A stretch of DNA of 64,000 nucleotides, taken from contig JAZDMR010000015.1 of the NCBI GenBank assembly GCA_043800725.1, positions 4,065 to 68,064 of the forward strand. Direction: 5' to 3'. The notes under the pieces are model-generated. The model did no database searches. It was not told where the DNA came from and worked only from the letters and a program-made list of their open reading frames with translations. Origin of the DNA: a bacterium. GTDB lineage: Bacteria > Patescibacteriota > Patescibacteriia > HK-STAS-PATE-3. Positions 46,947 to 57,112 of the stretch are shown one piece after another. Both the position numbers and the translations under genes were made by a program. The stretch's first letter is position 1. Each line of letters opens with the position of its first letter.

Positions 46947-48915
46947 ACAATCGTATTCACCCGTAATATTAGAGGACATTTTATTATCTGGAGTTCTGGT
47001 TTTTCTGACAATTCTAGGTGTGGCAATTTATTTGGGAATATTCGGACATTTCTCAGTCAGCCTGTTAACAGGCCTGGCTGGTTTGACCGCACTGGGCTGG
47101 TTGATATGTTGGCTTTGGAGGATAAAGAGGAGGGGTTTTCAAATCAGCCGGAACGAATTAATAGCACTGGCTGTTATTTTACTAATAATCGTTATCACGG
47201 GTATTTTTCATCAGGAAATGCCGCGTAATCGTGACAATGCCGGCTTTATATCAGCGGCCGCCGCGCTTGCTGATCACGGATCGCTAGCCTTTGAGGATGT
47301 TATAACACGACCGTATCATCCATTTAGGTCGATCGACGGAAATACCTTTACTTCCCAATTTTTACCGGGCTACATTTCTTTTCTGGCCTGGCCGTATGGT
47401 TTATCCGGACTGTCCGCGCTTCAGTGGGCCAATGCTTTATTATTGGGATTAAGCAGTCTGGCTTTATATTATGTATTTCGGAGACTGAGGTCAGGGCAGG
47501 GAAGCTTATGGCCAATCCTTTTTTATGTCACCTTATACACGACCGTCTGGTTCAGCCGAGGGACTTATTCGGAAAATCTTTTCATTCTGATTATGCTGGC
47601 TGGGAGCGGTCTAATGCTAAAAGCCTGGCAAAACAAAACGGCTGCTAGCTCGTTTTGGAGTATTTTTATTTTTTCCTTTGCATCTCTGGTAAGAAGCGAA
47701 GGTATGATTTATTTTCTGGTTGCCCTGATAGTGAATCTGGTGGTAGTTTACCGTTTCCGGAATAGTTGTAACTGGACTCAGTTGCCTGCCTGGCTAGGGA
47801 CATTAGGCAGTCTAGTTGTTTTATTTTTTTACGGTCAGCGTCTTGGTATTGATTATTTTGACTATGCTTATCGCAACCTGACAAGCTCCCTGCATTATTT
47901 TATCGAGCCGGAAGGAGCGGTGTTTATAGCTCTAGTCATCATACTGGCAGCTTTTTTATTATGGCGCAGAAAAAGTTATGGAGCCCTTAGCCTATCTGTT
48001 CAGAAGAAAATCACGATTGCCACCGCAGTGATTGCGGGACTGGCTGCGATTGTTATCTGGGGGTATGTGCTAGGCCAGGGTTATATTGAATGGCGCTACT
48101 TTAAGCTGCATTATGTTTTGGATAATATTGTACGTTACGGATTGGTAACTTATTTTATCCTGATTATCATCGGATTTTATAATTCCCAATATCGGATACC
48201 TGCCATACTTCTGATAATCGTGTTTGCGCCGTCTTTTATTTTCTTTTTTAATCCAAATATTGCTATTGATCAGCCCTGGTTTATGAGGCGTTTTTACGGC
48301 GGCATCATTCCTCTTTTAATTTTGCTGGGAAGCGTGGCAATAGTCCATATCCAATCGCGATACCGGCGCAATATTACGCTAGGTCTACTGGTGATAATAA
48401 TTAATATTAGTACCGCGGCTCCGATCTTGTTTTATAAAGAGCATAAAGGGATGAATATACATTTAAACGATTTTACTCAGCGTTTTACTGCCAATGATCT
48501 TATTTTAATGGATCCTGGCTGGCACTGGCAGCAATGGGGCTATAATCTGCATTATGTAAACGGATTGGATATTTTACCCAATGCTGATGGCTTTACTGAG
48601 CAGGAATTGCAGAAATTGGTTAATCAATACCAGCGGGTCTTTGTCATGGTGGAGCGTGGTCATCAGCCGAGCGCATATTATCCTCTTGAGCGACTGACTC
48701 AAGTCAGTACTTGGCAGCTTCAATACAAAGAACTTGTCCCAACTATGTGGACCAATGACTATATCAACGAGAATAAAGAGGCATTAAGTGTTCCATTATT
48801 ACGAAGCTTCCAGAGAAATAGCCCCCCTAGAGTGATAGAGACCAGAAATGAAGATTATATTATTTATCAGGTAACAGACACTAGTGATTTGCGCCTGAGC
48901 TTACCTTCAACTTAA
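46930..48915 (+). CDS. Polytopic membrane protein, GT-C-like (ArnT/PMT/oligosaccharyltransferase-like) candidate glycosyltransferase
   Basis: About 660 aa with 12 or more TM helices and a periplasmic-loop acidic/Arg-rich segment near the first TM pair (HQEMPRNRDNAG). Its size and topology resemble GT-C enzymes. Start set at the ATG at 46930, a 17-nt overlap with the upstream gene. Confidence 0.35.
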   Translation: MTMKREQSYSPVILEDILLSGVLVFLTILGVAIYLGIFGHFSVSLLTGLAGLTALGWLICWLWRIKRRGFQISRNELIALAVILLIIVITGIFHQEMPRNRDNAGFISAAAALADHGSLAFEDVITRPYHPFRSIDGNTFTSQFLPGYISFLAWPYGLSGLSALQWANALLLGLSSLALYYVFRRLRSGQGSLWPILFYVTLYTTVWFSRGTYSENLFILIMLAGSGLMLKAWQNKTAASSFWSIFIFSFASLVRSEGMIYFLVALIVNLVVVYRFRNSCNWTQLPAWLGTLGSLVVLFFYGQRLGIDYFDYAYRNLTSSLHYFIEPEGAVFIALVIILAAFLLWRRKSYGALSLSVQKKITIATAVIAGLAAIVIWGYVLGQGYIEWRYFKLHYVLDNIVRYGLVTYFILIIIGFYNSQYRIPAILLIIVFAPSFIFFFNPNIAIDQPWFMRRFYGGIIPLLILLGSVAIVHIQSRYRRNITLGLLVIIINISTAAPILFYKEHKGMNIHLNDFTQRFTANDLILMDPGWHWQQWGYNLHYVNGLDILPNADGFTEQELQKLVNQYQRVFVMVERGHQPSAYYPLERLTQVSTWQLQYKELVPTMWTNDYINENKEALSVPLLRSFQRNSPPRVIETRNEDYIIYQVTDTSDLRLSLPST

Positions 48916-48920
48916 AAAGT

Positions 48921-50003
48921 ATGCGTATTGCCTTTATCAACGAATTATACGGAACTAAGCGGCAAGGGGGAGAACAGGAAGCAATGATGTCTTTAGCCGA
49001 ACAGGTAAGAAAGATTAAAGATTTTGAAGTGGATGTTTATTCCTATACCGGATTACATTCGAATAAGCTGGAATTTAACTGGCCAGACAGGCTTAAATTA
49101 ACTCCATATCTTCGTGAAATCACGGCTGCGCCAGCTCTGGGCAAATTGGTAGCTTCGCGGATTGCCCCTAGATATGACTTGATTCATACCTCGTCAACTA
49201 CCTTATTCGGAAAAGTTGAATGTCCAGTACCGCTGGTTTACTCACTTCATTCAATTCGATCGCAAAAAAGTAAAAATTTATCACGAATATCACGTTATCG
49301 GCTGGTATTTAATCCTCTGGTAAAAAACAGACTTAGACACCTGGAAAAAAAGAGCCTGGAACAGGCCCGGAAGATCACTGTATTGCATGAACGAATGTCC
49401 AAGTTTTTAATTTCTCAATTTAGTATTAATCCTGAATGTATTGTTAATATTCCTAACCCAGTGGATAATGAAAAATTTACGCCGAGCGATAAGCCAGGAT
49501 CGGAAGTTTTATTTGTGGGACGGGGGACCGAAGCGAAAGGCGTTGACGTCCTGATTGCTGCTGCTCCGAAAATTCATGGCTTGGTTAAAATTGTTACTAA
49601 AACAATGAGACCCGGTCTTCGCAAGCAATGCCGGGAAGCGGGCATAAACGTGGTTTTTGATGTTCCCCATGATCAAATGCCCGACCTGTACCGGTCAGCA
49701 GCGGTTCTTGTTTTACCTTCAGTTGATGAAGAACAGCCGCTTACCATACTGGAGGCCATGGCCTCGAGCTTGCCAGTGGTGGCTACTCCAATAAGCGCTT
49801 CAGAATTGATTACTGATGGTGAACATGGCTTGGTTATCCCTTATAACAATCCGCAAGCTTTGGCTAGGGCTGTTAACGAGTTGCTGGATAATCCCGCTCA
49901 ATCGCTTCTCATGGGTCAAAACGGGCGTAGGCAGGCTTTGAGTAGTCATTCGTGGGTAAACACCTTAGATCAGTATATTAAGCTTTATCAGGGCCTATTT
50001 TAA
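48921..50003 (+). CDS. GT4-family glycosyltransferase
   Basis: EX7E motif EEQPLTILEAMASSLPVVATPISASELITDGEHG. 360 aa. Confidence 0.6.
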   Translation: MRIAFINELYGTKRQGGEQEAMMSLAEQVRKIKDFEVDVYSYTGLHSNKLEFNWPDRLKLTPYLREITAAPALGKLVASRIAPRYDLIHTSSTTLFGKVECPVPLVYSLHSIRSQKSKNLSRISRYRLVFNPLVKNRLRHLEKKSLEQARKITVLHERMSKFLISQFSINPECIVNIPNPVDNEKFTPSDKPGSEVLFVGRGTEAKGVDVLIAAAPKIHGLVKIVTKTMRPGLRKQCREAGINVVFDVPHDQMPDLYRSAAVLVLPSVDEEQPLTILEAMASSLPVVATPISASELITDGEHGLVIPYNNPQALARAVNELLDNPAQSLLMGQNGRRQALSSHSWVNTLDQYIKLYQGLF

Positions 50004-51164
50004 CCCTAGCAGCTCCTGATAAAGGTTAAGGTAGCGATTTGTTACGGCTTTTAAAGAAAACCGCTCTAAAATGTCTTTTTTGGCTTGCTGACCCAGTTGT
50101 TGGGCAAACTTTGGCTGGGTAAGCAGGGTAATAATATGCTTGGCCAGCTCGTCTGTGCGATTAGGAGCAAACACTAAAGCTGATTTATTATTTTTCAATA
50201 CATACTGATTAGCCGGAATGCTTGAGGCTACAATCGGTAGACCGACCGAGCCTGCCTCGAGTAGGGCGTTGGACATTCCCTCGGCTCGCGAGGGCAGGAC
50301 AAACACATCAGCTGCCTGAAGCCAGTCGCGAGTGAGCTCAACTGTGCCCTTGAAGATAACCGAATCTTTCCAGTCAGACTGAATCAAAGACCGAAGCTGA
50401 GACGAATAAGTCGAACTACTATCCGGCTTGCCAATAAGCAGAAGCTTAGCCTTAGGCACTTGAGCGATAACCCGCGGCCAAGCGCGCAGTAGTCGATCGA
50501 CCTGCTTGGTGGGGATCAGGCGGCCGATAAATATTACAATAGGTTGATTATTAAAACCGACCTTTTGTTTTGCTTCTTCGCGGCTGACCTCCGGCGGCGC
50601 GAATAAGTCAGTATCTACGCCGTTTGGAATTTGTATTATCTGGTGGTCTGGAACCCCGATCGATTTAAGCTCATCAGCTATTTGAGGAGTGATGGCGATG
50701 AATCTGTCGATGGAGCGTAAGTAAGACAGCTTTTTTTCTGTTAAAGGCCAATGATGAAGGTCGGAAATATCACCGTCCCGGCCACCGCCAGCGGCTTTTC
50801 CGATAATAGGAGACCTATGCAGTTTTTTAAGCACCGCGGCGGCTAGGCCGGCGCTGAACAGCTGATGAGCGTGAATGAGATCGAAACGTTCGTGTTTAAA
50901 AATATTTTTGGCTCCTCTAATCAGCTCGCTGGGCCAAAGTTTGCTGGCATTAGGCGGATAAAGGCCAGGTAGGCGATGAATTATTATCCCGTCAATTTGG
51001 TCGCGCTGATGAAGCGATCGGGTCCAGCGTTCCCAGAAACGCAGGCCAGTAATAAAGTGGACTTCTACTCCTTGATCAGTCAATTGGCGCGCGAGCTGCC
51101 AGGCCTGCCTTTCCATGCCGCCGGTTTGATAGTGTAGAAATGGAATAATCATCGCTATTTTCAT
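49995..51164 (-). CDS. GT4-family glycosyltransferase
   Basis: EGMSNALLEAGSVGLPIVASSIPANQYVL (EX7E). A 389-aa GT-B fold. Confidence 0.6.
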   Translation of the reverse strand: MKIAMIIPFLHYQTGGMERQAWQLARQLTDQGVEVHFITGLRFWERWTRSLHQRDQIDGIIIHRLPGLYPPNASKLWPSELIRGAKNIFKHERFDLIHAHQLFSAGLAAAVLKKLHRSPIIGKAAGGGRDGDISDLHHWPLTEKKLSYLRSIDRFIAITPQIADELKSIGVPDHQIIQIPNGVDTDLFAPPEVSREEAKQKVGFNNQPIVIFIGRLIPTKQVDRLLRAWPRVIAQVPKAKLLLIGKPDSSSTYSSQLRSLIQSDWKDSVIFKGTVELTRDWLQAADVFVLPSRAEGMSNALLEAGSVGLPIVASSIPANQYVLKNNKSALVFAPNRTDELAKHIITLLTQPKFAQQLGQQAKKDILERFSLKAVTNRYLNLYQELLGLK

Positions 51165-51174
51165 AGTAGTATAT

Positions 51175-52203
51175 TTACAAAAGTGTTTCAGTTAGTACTT
51201 GTTTGAGAAGGGGATAGGCGGTCTCCAGCGTATAGTTTTTGTGTATTTTTGAACGGGCAGCTACTCCCATTTGCCGCCGTTTTTCGGGATTTTCGATCAG
51301 ATAGCTAATGGCGTCGACCCATTCAGTATCGGAAACTGCCCATAATCCGTCTTGATTATTTGTAACAACCAGTTTATTAGCTCCAACAGGACTGACCACC
51401 GGAACAATCCCCAGAGCCATGTATTGAATAGCCTTAAATGAGCACTTACCTCTACTCCATTCCGTATCTTTAAGTGGCATTAGACCGATATCAAATTGTT
51501 TCATTTCATTAATCTCCCCGGCTTCACTCCAGGAAATGTTCTGGCATTCTAAGCCGACGTTAAGATGAAAGTTTCCATTGCTGATAATTTTAAGAAAAAG
51601 ACGCTGGCCGTATTTTTCAGATAATCGTTTAAAAACAGATTCCAGATCTTTTAGATAGGGATAATTAACTGCGGATCCAATCCAGCCAATGCAGATACGG
51701 TTACTTTCTTTTTTCGGTGATATGACATAGCGCTTAATATCAACAACACTGGGTATAACAGTTACTCTTTTGGAATATTGCCTGGCATGCTCCGCCAGAA
51801 ATTCATTTCCGGAAATAATCCGGTCAGCTGTCCGAAGAGTCGCCTGAAACTTATTTTCCGCGTTTTTTCTGGAAGATGAACCAGACGTCTGATCTGGAGC
51901 GCCCAACCAAATTGAATCGTCAAAATCGAATGTCAGAGTAGCTTTTTGAGATTTCAGAAACCGGAGCAGCCAGGTAGGCAGGAGTATTTTCTGAACAAGA
52001 ATGGAATCAGTTTTTCGCGAAGCCAGAAGAGCTCGAAGAATATAAACAAGTTTATGCAATTGCTTAAATGGACGAGTGAGTCCAGTGTAATAAACGATAT
52101 TTAGGCTATTAAAATCACGTTTCAGAAGCGGAAGAAAATTCAACACCCGATATCGAGTACTGGCGGACTGACGGTCACCGAATGTCAGAATAAGCAATTT
52201 CAT
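51175..52203 (-). CDS. GT-B-fold glycosyltransferase (GT4-like)
   Basis: The C-terminal nucleotide-sugar binding segment CSFKAIQYMALGIVPVVSPVGANKLVV. 342 aa. Assignment is less certain. Confidence 0.45.
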   Translation of the reverse strand: MKLLILTFGDRQSASTRYRVLNFLPLLKRDFNSLNIVYYTGLTRPFKQLHKLVYILRALLASRKTDSILVQKILLPTWLLRFLKSQKATLTFDFDDSIWLGAPDQTSGSSSRKNAENKFQATLRTADRIISGNEFLAEHARQYSKRVTVIPSVVDIKRYVISPKKESNRICIGWIGSAVNYPYLKDLESVFKRLSEKYGQRLFLKIISNGNFHLNVGLECQNISWSEAGEINEMKQFDIGLMPLKDTEWSRGKCSFKAIQYMALGIVPVVSPVGANKLVVTNNQDGLWAVSDTEWVDAISYLIENPEKRRQMGVAARSKIHKNYTLETAYPLLKQVLTETLL

Positions 52204-52205
52204 AG

Positions 52206-53756
52206 CTAAAGTTGTGTTGGAGTAATTTTATTCCGTCGGAATAGTATGCGAACTACCCCGATAAGCTCATTCATTCGGAAGACATACGACAGTAATAGGT
52301 AGGTGGAGATTGCCACCAGGCTAATGCCGATGATTTCCCAGAAAACAGTAACTTCCGTGAAAAGACGACTGGCCCACCAGGTCAATCCGGAAGAAAAAAG
52401 TCCCACAATGAGCATTTTAACAAATGGCAGAAAATCTCTGGTTTTCCACCCAGCAATAAGTTTTAAAATAATTACAGCAAAAAGCAGGGCTGTCAACAGC
52501 GAACCGATCGAGGCTCCCAGAGCTATTCCTAAATAGCCTAGCGATGGAATAAGCAAAAGGTTGACGATAATATTGACAGTCGCTCCGAAAACACCTACCA
52601 AGACAACTGTTTTTATTCGCTGCAGAGCATAAAGAGTATTCGATAGCAAAGCGCCCAGCGTAGCTCCGAATAAAAATCCCAGATTATACTGCAACGCGCT
52701 AGCTGTAGCTATGCTGGCAGAATGTGAAAATTCACCGTGTTCAAAAAGCAGCTGGATAATGGGCAGGGCTGCAAAATTAACAATAATAATAATTGGGATA
52801 ATAGAATAGATTGCCAGTCGGACACCCAGGAGTATTTGAGCACGCAGTCTGCTCAGGTCGCTCTGAGCACTGGCCGCGGATAGGTCCGGGAAGAGTGCGG
52901 TAGCGATAGTGGTTCCTATCAGTCCGATCGGAACCATGACCACTAGTCGGCTGAGCGCAACATAGGTTACGCTTCCGGTTTCAAGCCAGGCGGCCATGTA
53001 CTGGTCGATTACCGTTACGGATTTATAGATCAGAGCGCCGATTATAAGCGGAAGGAAAAAGCGGAAAAATTTTCTAGCCTTAGGATCGCGAAAAGACACA
53101 GTAAATGCATAGCGCAGTCTGCCGGTCTTGATTAAGTAGCCCAGCACTATCAGAAAAGCCGCCAAACCACTTATGGTCAGGCCGTAAGCAGGTGCTAAAA
53201 TTCCGATTGACGAGGATAGGATTAGCAACAGCACAAAGTAGAGCAGTTTTTGCAAAAAGATACTTAACGAAGCAATAAAAAACTTTTTTTGGGCATAAAG
53301 AACACTCAATCCAATGCTCATCACTCCCGAGAAGGCAATAAACGGAAGAACAACCTGGAGTATCTGCCGGACAAGGTTCTGGAATTCCGGAGAACGGTTG
53401 GGTAAAGTCAGGGGCACGATCCACCAGGCAGTGGCAATTGTTATGATTACCAGTACGGAAAGACCGGCTGCAAAAATATTAAGAATATTCGATGTTAGCT
53501 GATGGTGAGAATTATCATCTCGCGCTACCTGAAGTTCGGTATAGAGGGGGATATAGGATTTGTGAACTGTTGTAATGAGGACTGTAACGATCCAGACCGG
53601 TATGGCGGTAGCGAGTAAGAAGGCGTCCATTGGTTCGGTGTTGCCGAATTTATTTGCCAGCACTGCCCGGACGCCGTATTCTAGAATAAAACCGAATACC
53701 GTAAATAAAAAAATAATAAAAGAGGCTTTGAGGAGATTGCGTAATGAAAAACTCAT
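52206..53756 (-). CDS. MOP-superfamily flippase, MurJ/MviN-like
   Basis: 516 aa with about 14 TM. The N-terminal pattern ...GVRAVLANKFGNTEPMDAFLLATAIP... resembles the MurJ N-terminus (ARIFGAG..TDAF.VAF.LP). Confidence 0.5.
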   Translation of the reverse strand: MSFSLRNLLKASFIIFLFTVFGFILEYGVRAVLANKFGNTEPMDAFLLATAIPVWIVTVLITTVHKSYIPLYTELQVARDDNSHHQLTSNILNIFAAGLSVLVIITIATAWWIVPLTLPNRSPEFQNLVRQILQVVLPFIAFSGVMSIGLSVLYAQKKFFIASLSIFLQKLLYFVLLLILSSSIGILAPAYGLTISGLAAFLIVLGYLIKTGRLRYAFTVSFRDPKARKFFRFFLPLIIGALIYKSVTVIDQYMAAWLETGSVTYVALSRLVVMVPIGLIGTTIATALFPDLSAASAQSDLSRLRAQILLGVRLAIYSIIPIIIIVNFAALPIIQLLFEHGEFSHSASIATASALQYNLGFLFGATLGALLSNTLYALQRIKTVVLVGVFGATVNIIVNLLLIPSLGYLGIALGASIGSLLTALLFAVIILKLIAGWKTRDFLPFVKMLIVGLFSSGLTWWASRLFTEVTVFWEIIGISLVAISTYLLLSYVFRMNELIGVVRILFRRNKITPTQL

Positions 53757-53847
53757 CGTTCTATTTTAACAATGCCAAACCTCGGAGCTCTTGTAACAGA
53801 GAAAATGACAATTGAAACTTTAATCAGTCGGCGGTGCATGATGATGG

Positions 53848-56820
53848 TTATTTAATAGGCTTAAAAAATACATCCTGTATCCAGAGAGGACATTCCTGCA
53901 AATCCGAACCTTCTAGCAGCTGGCTGTTTTCATCAAACAAGACCATTTGCAATTCATTAGAACCGGACGGGATAGTAATAGGCAGGCTGACTGATTGAAA
54001 ACTAGACCAATTAATAGTTAGGGATGAAATTGTCTCTCCGTTTAATAATATCACCGCCCGGCGGTAAGCGTCAGGACAGGTATAAGTACTAAAATTCAGT
54101 TCTCCCGACAGCTGTTCTGACTGTGGCGAATCAAGACTAAGCGAAGCGTAGTTTTTAGTTTTTCTCTTTTGTGATGCCTGACCCTTATTTTCCAGGATAT
54201 CCCAGTTTTTGCTCAAACGAATAATTAGAGGAGTATCTTCGTCCGAAGACGGCGGCAGCTGGTAGTAGTCCCACTCGTCAGTCGTGGAAACCACCATTGA
54301 CCCGACTGTTGATATTAAGTATTTGTTCCAGGCCAAAGCTTCCTCAGGTTCAAGCAGGTTTTTATGCACTAATACCTGCTGGATATTTTCCCGGTCTGCC
54401 AGGTAGCGCAAGCTGGACTGATAATAATTTTCTTCAATAATATCGTGATATGAGCGCAGCGAGCCAAAGGTGTTTGCGGCATTTCGGGATTCGATCAGCA
54501 AGGGCCAGCGAAGAATTACCTTAGGCTCAAAAATCGAGTTTCCGGCAAATATCTCCTGGGGATTTACAATGTTATAGGCTGAATATTCTGAACCGAATAG
54601 CGGCACTTGCAAAGTGGTATTTTGACCAGCGTACTCAGACAGAAGGCTGCTGATATCGTCTTGATTGTTTGATATTGGCAAAGCTTCGATTTCCGAGATA
54701 AACACCGGCGGATCAGGTTCTTGACTCAGGTCAAGCTGTTCGATTCGTTGTCCCAGAAATTGCAAAGTGTTAGCTTCCATACTGGATAATGGTACATTAA
54801 CCTGGTATTGTCGCGGCTGATCATCCACTAGAAACTGGGCTAGGATTTGCTCATCCTGCAGGATTTGAAGATTACGTATCGAGCCTAAGGCAGCCTTGGC
54901 TATAAATCTCAGGTTAAGACTGTTTTGCTGGTTAATATTATTAATTATCAATTCGCTTTGTTGGCCAGTAAGCTGATATTGACGCTCGTCATCAATTTCC
55001 GTGCCGTTCCATTCGCCGGATTGGACCAAAATTGGCGCTGAATAGTCTTGCTCGGATAGTTTATAAGCAATTAAGTCAGAGTCTTGGTAAATTTCTTCTG
55101 TATGCACATAGTTTCTTAGGAAATTCCTGATCCGGATAAAGTCATCCAGCTCTATTTCGTCATCAGCAGAGCCCAGGTAGTTTTTATGAAGGATAATGTA
55201 ACGTACGTCATAGTATTGGAGAACGCCGGTATTGGCGTCCGCGTTAGCTAGGCTGATCGGAAGAGAGGTCACTATGTCGCTGCCCCGGGGGAAGCTGTAA
55301 AGAAGGGATTTTAAAATTGGGATAGAAATATTCCTGACGTAGAGCGGGTTTTCAGGATTGAATCGGGCGGGTTGAAAAAAATTAATCATCTTCTTACCGT
55401 GAATTGATCGATAATATTGTGATTTGGCCGCAGATCGGTAGTTGGTTGAGCTCGGAATCTCGAGGATAGCGAAATCACCAGGTTCCTGACGCAGGGAATT
55501 GTAAAAATGTGGATAATCAAGAGATGTTGTGGGATAGGGTAGAGCGAAAAATTCAAAGATGATAAAACCGGACAGCAGTATTACGAGTATGTGCTGGCCG
55601 TGGAGAGCCAGTCGGAAACGTTGGACCAGATAAACAAACCCATAGGCAGCGGCAACTGCGAAACACATCATCGAAATTACAGCTATACGGTCAACGGATC
55701 TAATATTGTTAAAGTACGGTAGAAAGTGATGAAGGAGCAGATAGGGTAGGGGTATTTTTGGTTCGACAACCCCACCAAAGTGCAAAAAGGGGCCAATGGA
55801 CAGAATGTAAAAACTAAAAGCGCCAACCGCCCAAAAGATGCTGTCGCGTGACTTTCGGTAGATCAGTACAAGTATGGCAAGACTCAGCACCACGATACCT
55901 ACATAGGCGGAGTGTTCGAATTCATTTCCGGTAAAAGAATTTCGAACATCAGCAAATAACGGACCAATCAGCGTATGAGTAAAAGGAGGGGTAAGAAGGC
56001 TTAATGCGTCATTGGAATATGCTATGGCCGATTTTATTCCCGGATTGAGGTAGTTGTTTTCAGATGAAGCAATTTTAAGAAACGACGCGGATATTATTAT
56101 GAAAATAACTGCGATAACACCGATTCCTATTGCGCAGTTTCGAATGAACGCCAGATTACGCCAGAAACTCGGATATTTACGCAGATACCACCATAACAGA
56201 GGGGGTAGAAAAAGTAAGTAAAACGCTATAAAATGTATTTCGTTGACCGCTAGAAAAATAAAAAAAATAGCGGCTCCGAATACATAGCGTAATTTTTGAA
56301 ATCGAATAGCTTTAAGGATAAACAGGGTCGTCAGTGGTATCCATTCAATATGCGTTGAGCCGCGAAAGCCCATTCCCCAGATGAAATGAATAGGCGCAAA
56401 TCCATAGATTAACCCGGCCATAAAGGACGCATAGGTAATCAACCGTTCGGTCACTTTCTCTTTTGTTGTTGCGAAAGTTTCTCTGATAAGAAATCGCGTC
56501 AAGGCAAAGGCTCCGTACGAGGCGGCGATAAAGGAAAAAAGCCAATAGAGATTGTATGCGAGAGTGACGTCAACAACAGTGTTGAGATAGCTGACAATTG
56601 ATACAGTATCAATGCGTACGTGAGTGATGATTTCTTGGATGCTGCCCCAGAAACCGAGAGCCTTCAGCTCCTCACTGAAATGAATTACGTCGGCCACCGT
56701 TTGATGGGAATCGCTTCCTAGCCCGGCAATTTCCGAGTTGATGTTGAGAATGACGGGATACGTCAGCAACAGAGTCAAAACAGTGTAGGCGGCAATGATA
56801 ACGAGTGTTTTTTTCAACAA
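53848..56820 (-). CDS. Large polytopic membrane protein (990 aa): N-terminal domain of about 13 TM plus a roughly 540-aa extracytoplasmic C-terminal domain; GT-C/YfhO-like candidate
   Basis: Its topology resembles YfhO/PMT/ArnT-type lipid-linked-sugar transferases or polymerases. No motif-level confirmation is possible by eye. Confidence 0.3.
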   Translation of the reverse strand: MLKKTLVIIAAYTVLTLLLTYPVILNINSEIAGLGSDSHQTVADVIHFSEELKALGFWGSIQEIITHVRIDTVSIVSYLNTVVDVTLAYNLYWLFSFIAASYGAFALTRFLIRETFATTKEKVTERLITYASFMAGLIYGFAPIHFIWGMGFRGSTHIEWIPLTTLFILKAIRFQKLRYVFGAAIFFIFLAVNEIHFIAFYLLFLPPLLWWYLRKYPSFWRNLAFIRNCAIGIGVIAVIFIIISASFLKIASSENNYLNPGIKSAIAYSNDALSLLTPPFTHTLIGPLFADVRNSFTGNEFEHSAYVGIVVLSLAILVLIYRKSRDSIFWAVGAFSFYILSIGPFLHFGGVVEPKIPLPYLLLHHFLPYFNNIRSVDRIAVISMMCFAVAAAYGFVYLVQRFRLALHGQHILVILLSGFIIFEFFALPYPTTSLDYPHFYNSLRQEPGDFAILEIPSSTNYRSAAKSQYYRSIHGKKMINFFQPARFNPENPLYVRNISIPILKSLLYSFPRGSDIVTSLPISLANADANTGVLQYYDVRYIILHKNYLGSADDEIELDDFIRIRNFLRNYVHTEEIYQDSDLIAYKLSEQDYSAPILVQSGEWNGTEIDDERQYQLTGQQSELIINNINQQNSLNLRFIAKAALGSIRNLQILQDEQILAQFLVDDQPRQYQVNVPLSSMEANTLQFLGQRIEQLDLSQEPDPPVFISEIEALPISNNQDDISSLLSEYAGQNTTLQVPLFGSEYSAYNIVNPQEIFAGNSIFEPKVILRWPLLIESRNAANTFGSLRSYHDIIEENYYQSSLRYLADRENIQQVLVHKNLLEPEEALAWNKYLISTVGSMVVSTTDEWDYYQLPPSSDEDTPLIIRLSKNWDILENKGQASQKRKTKNYASLSLDSPQSEQLSGELNFSTYTCPDAYRRAVILLNGETISSLTINWSSFQSVSLPITIPSGSNELQMVLFDENSQLLEGSDLQECPLWIQDVFFKPIK

Positions 56821-57112
56821 AAGCGCATTTTATGGTTAGTCATACAATAAGCAATATATCATTAAATGGCACTGTTTTCAAATATGTGATGTTTGACTTA
56901 CATGGTCATTAGGATTGTGGAGATTTCATTAATCTTTAAGAAGTTGTTAGCAGTAATTGTGTTATTAGTGAGAACCGTTCATATTGTAAAATGATGAATT
57001 ATATGATAATCTCTCTACTTAGAATATATTAAGATACTCTTTAAATCTCCTAAGTATAAAAAAAAATATTTTGAAATTCGATAATCCTAAGAACTAAAAA
57101 TCCACAACTGAA

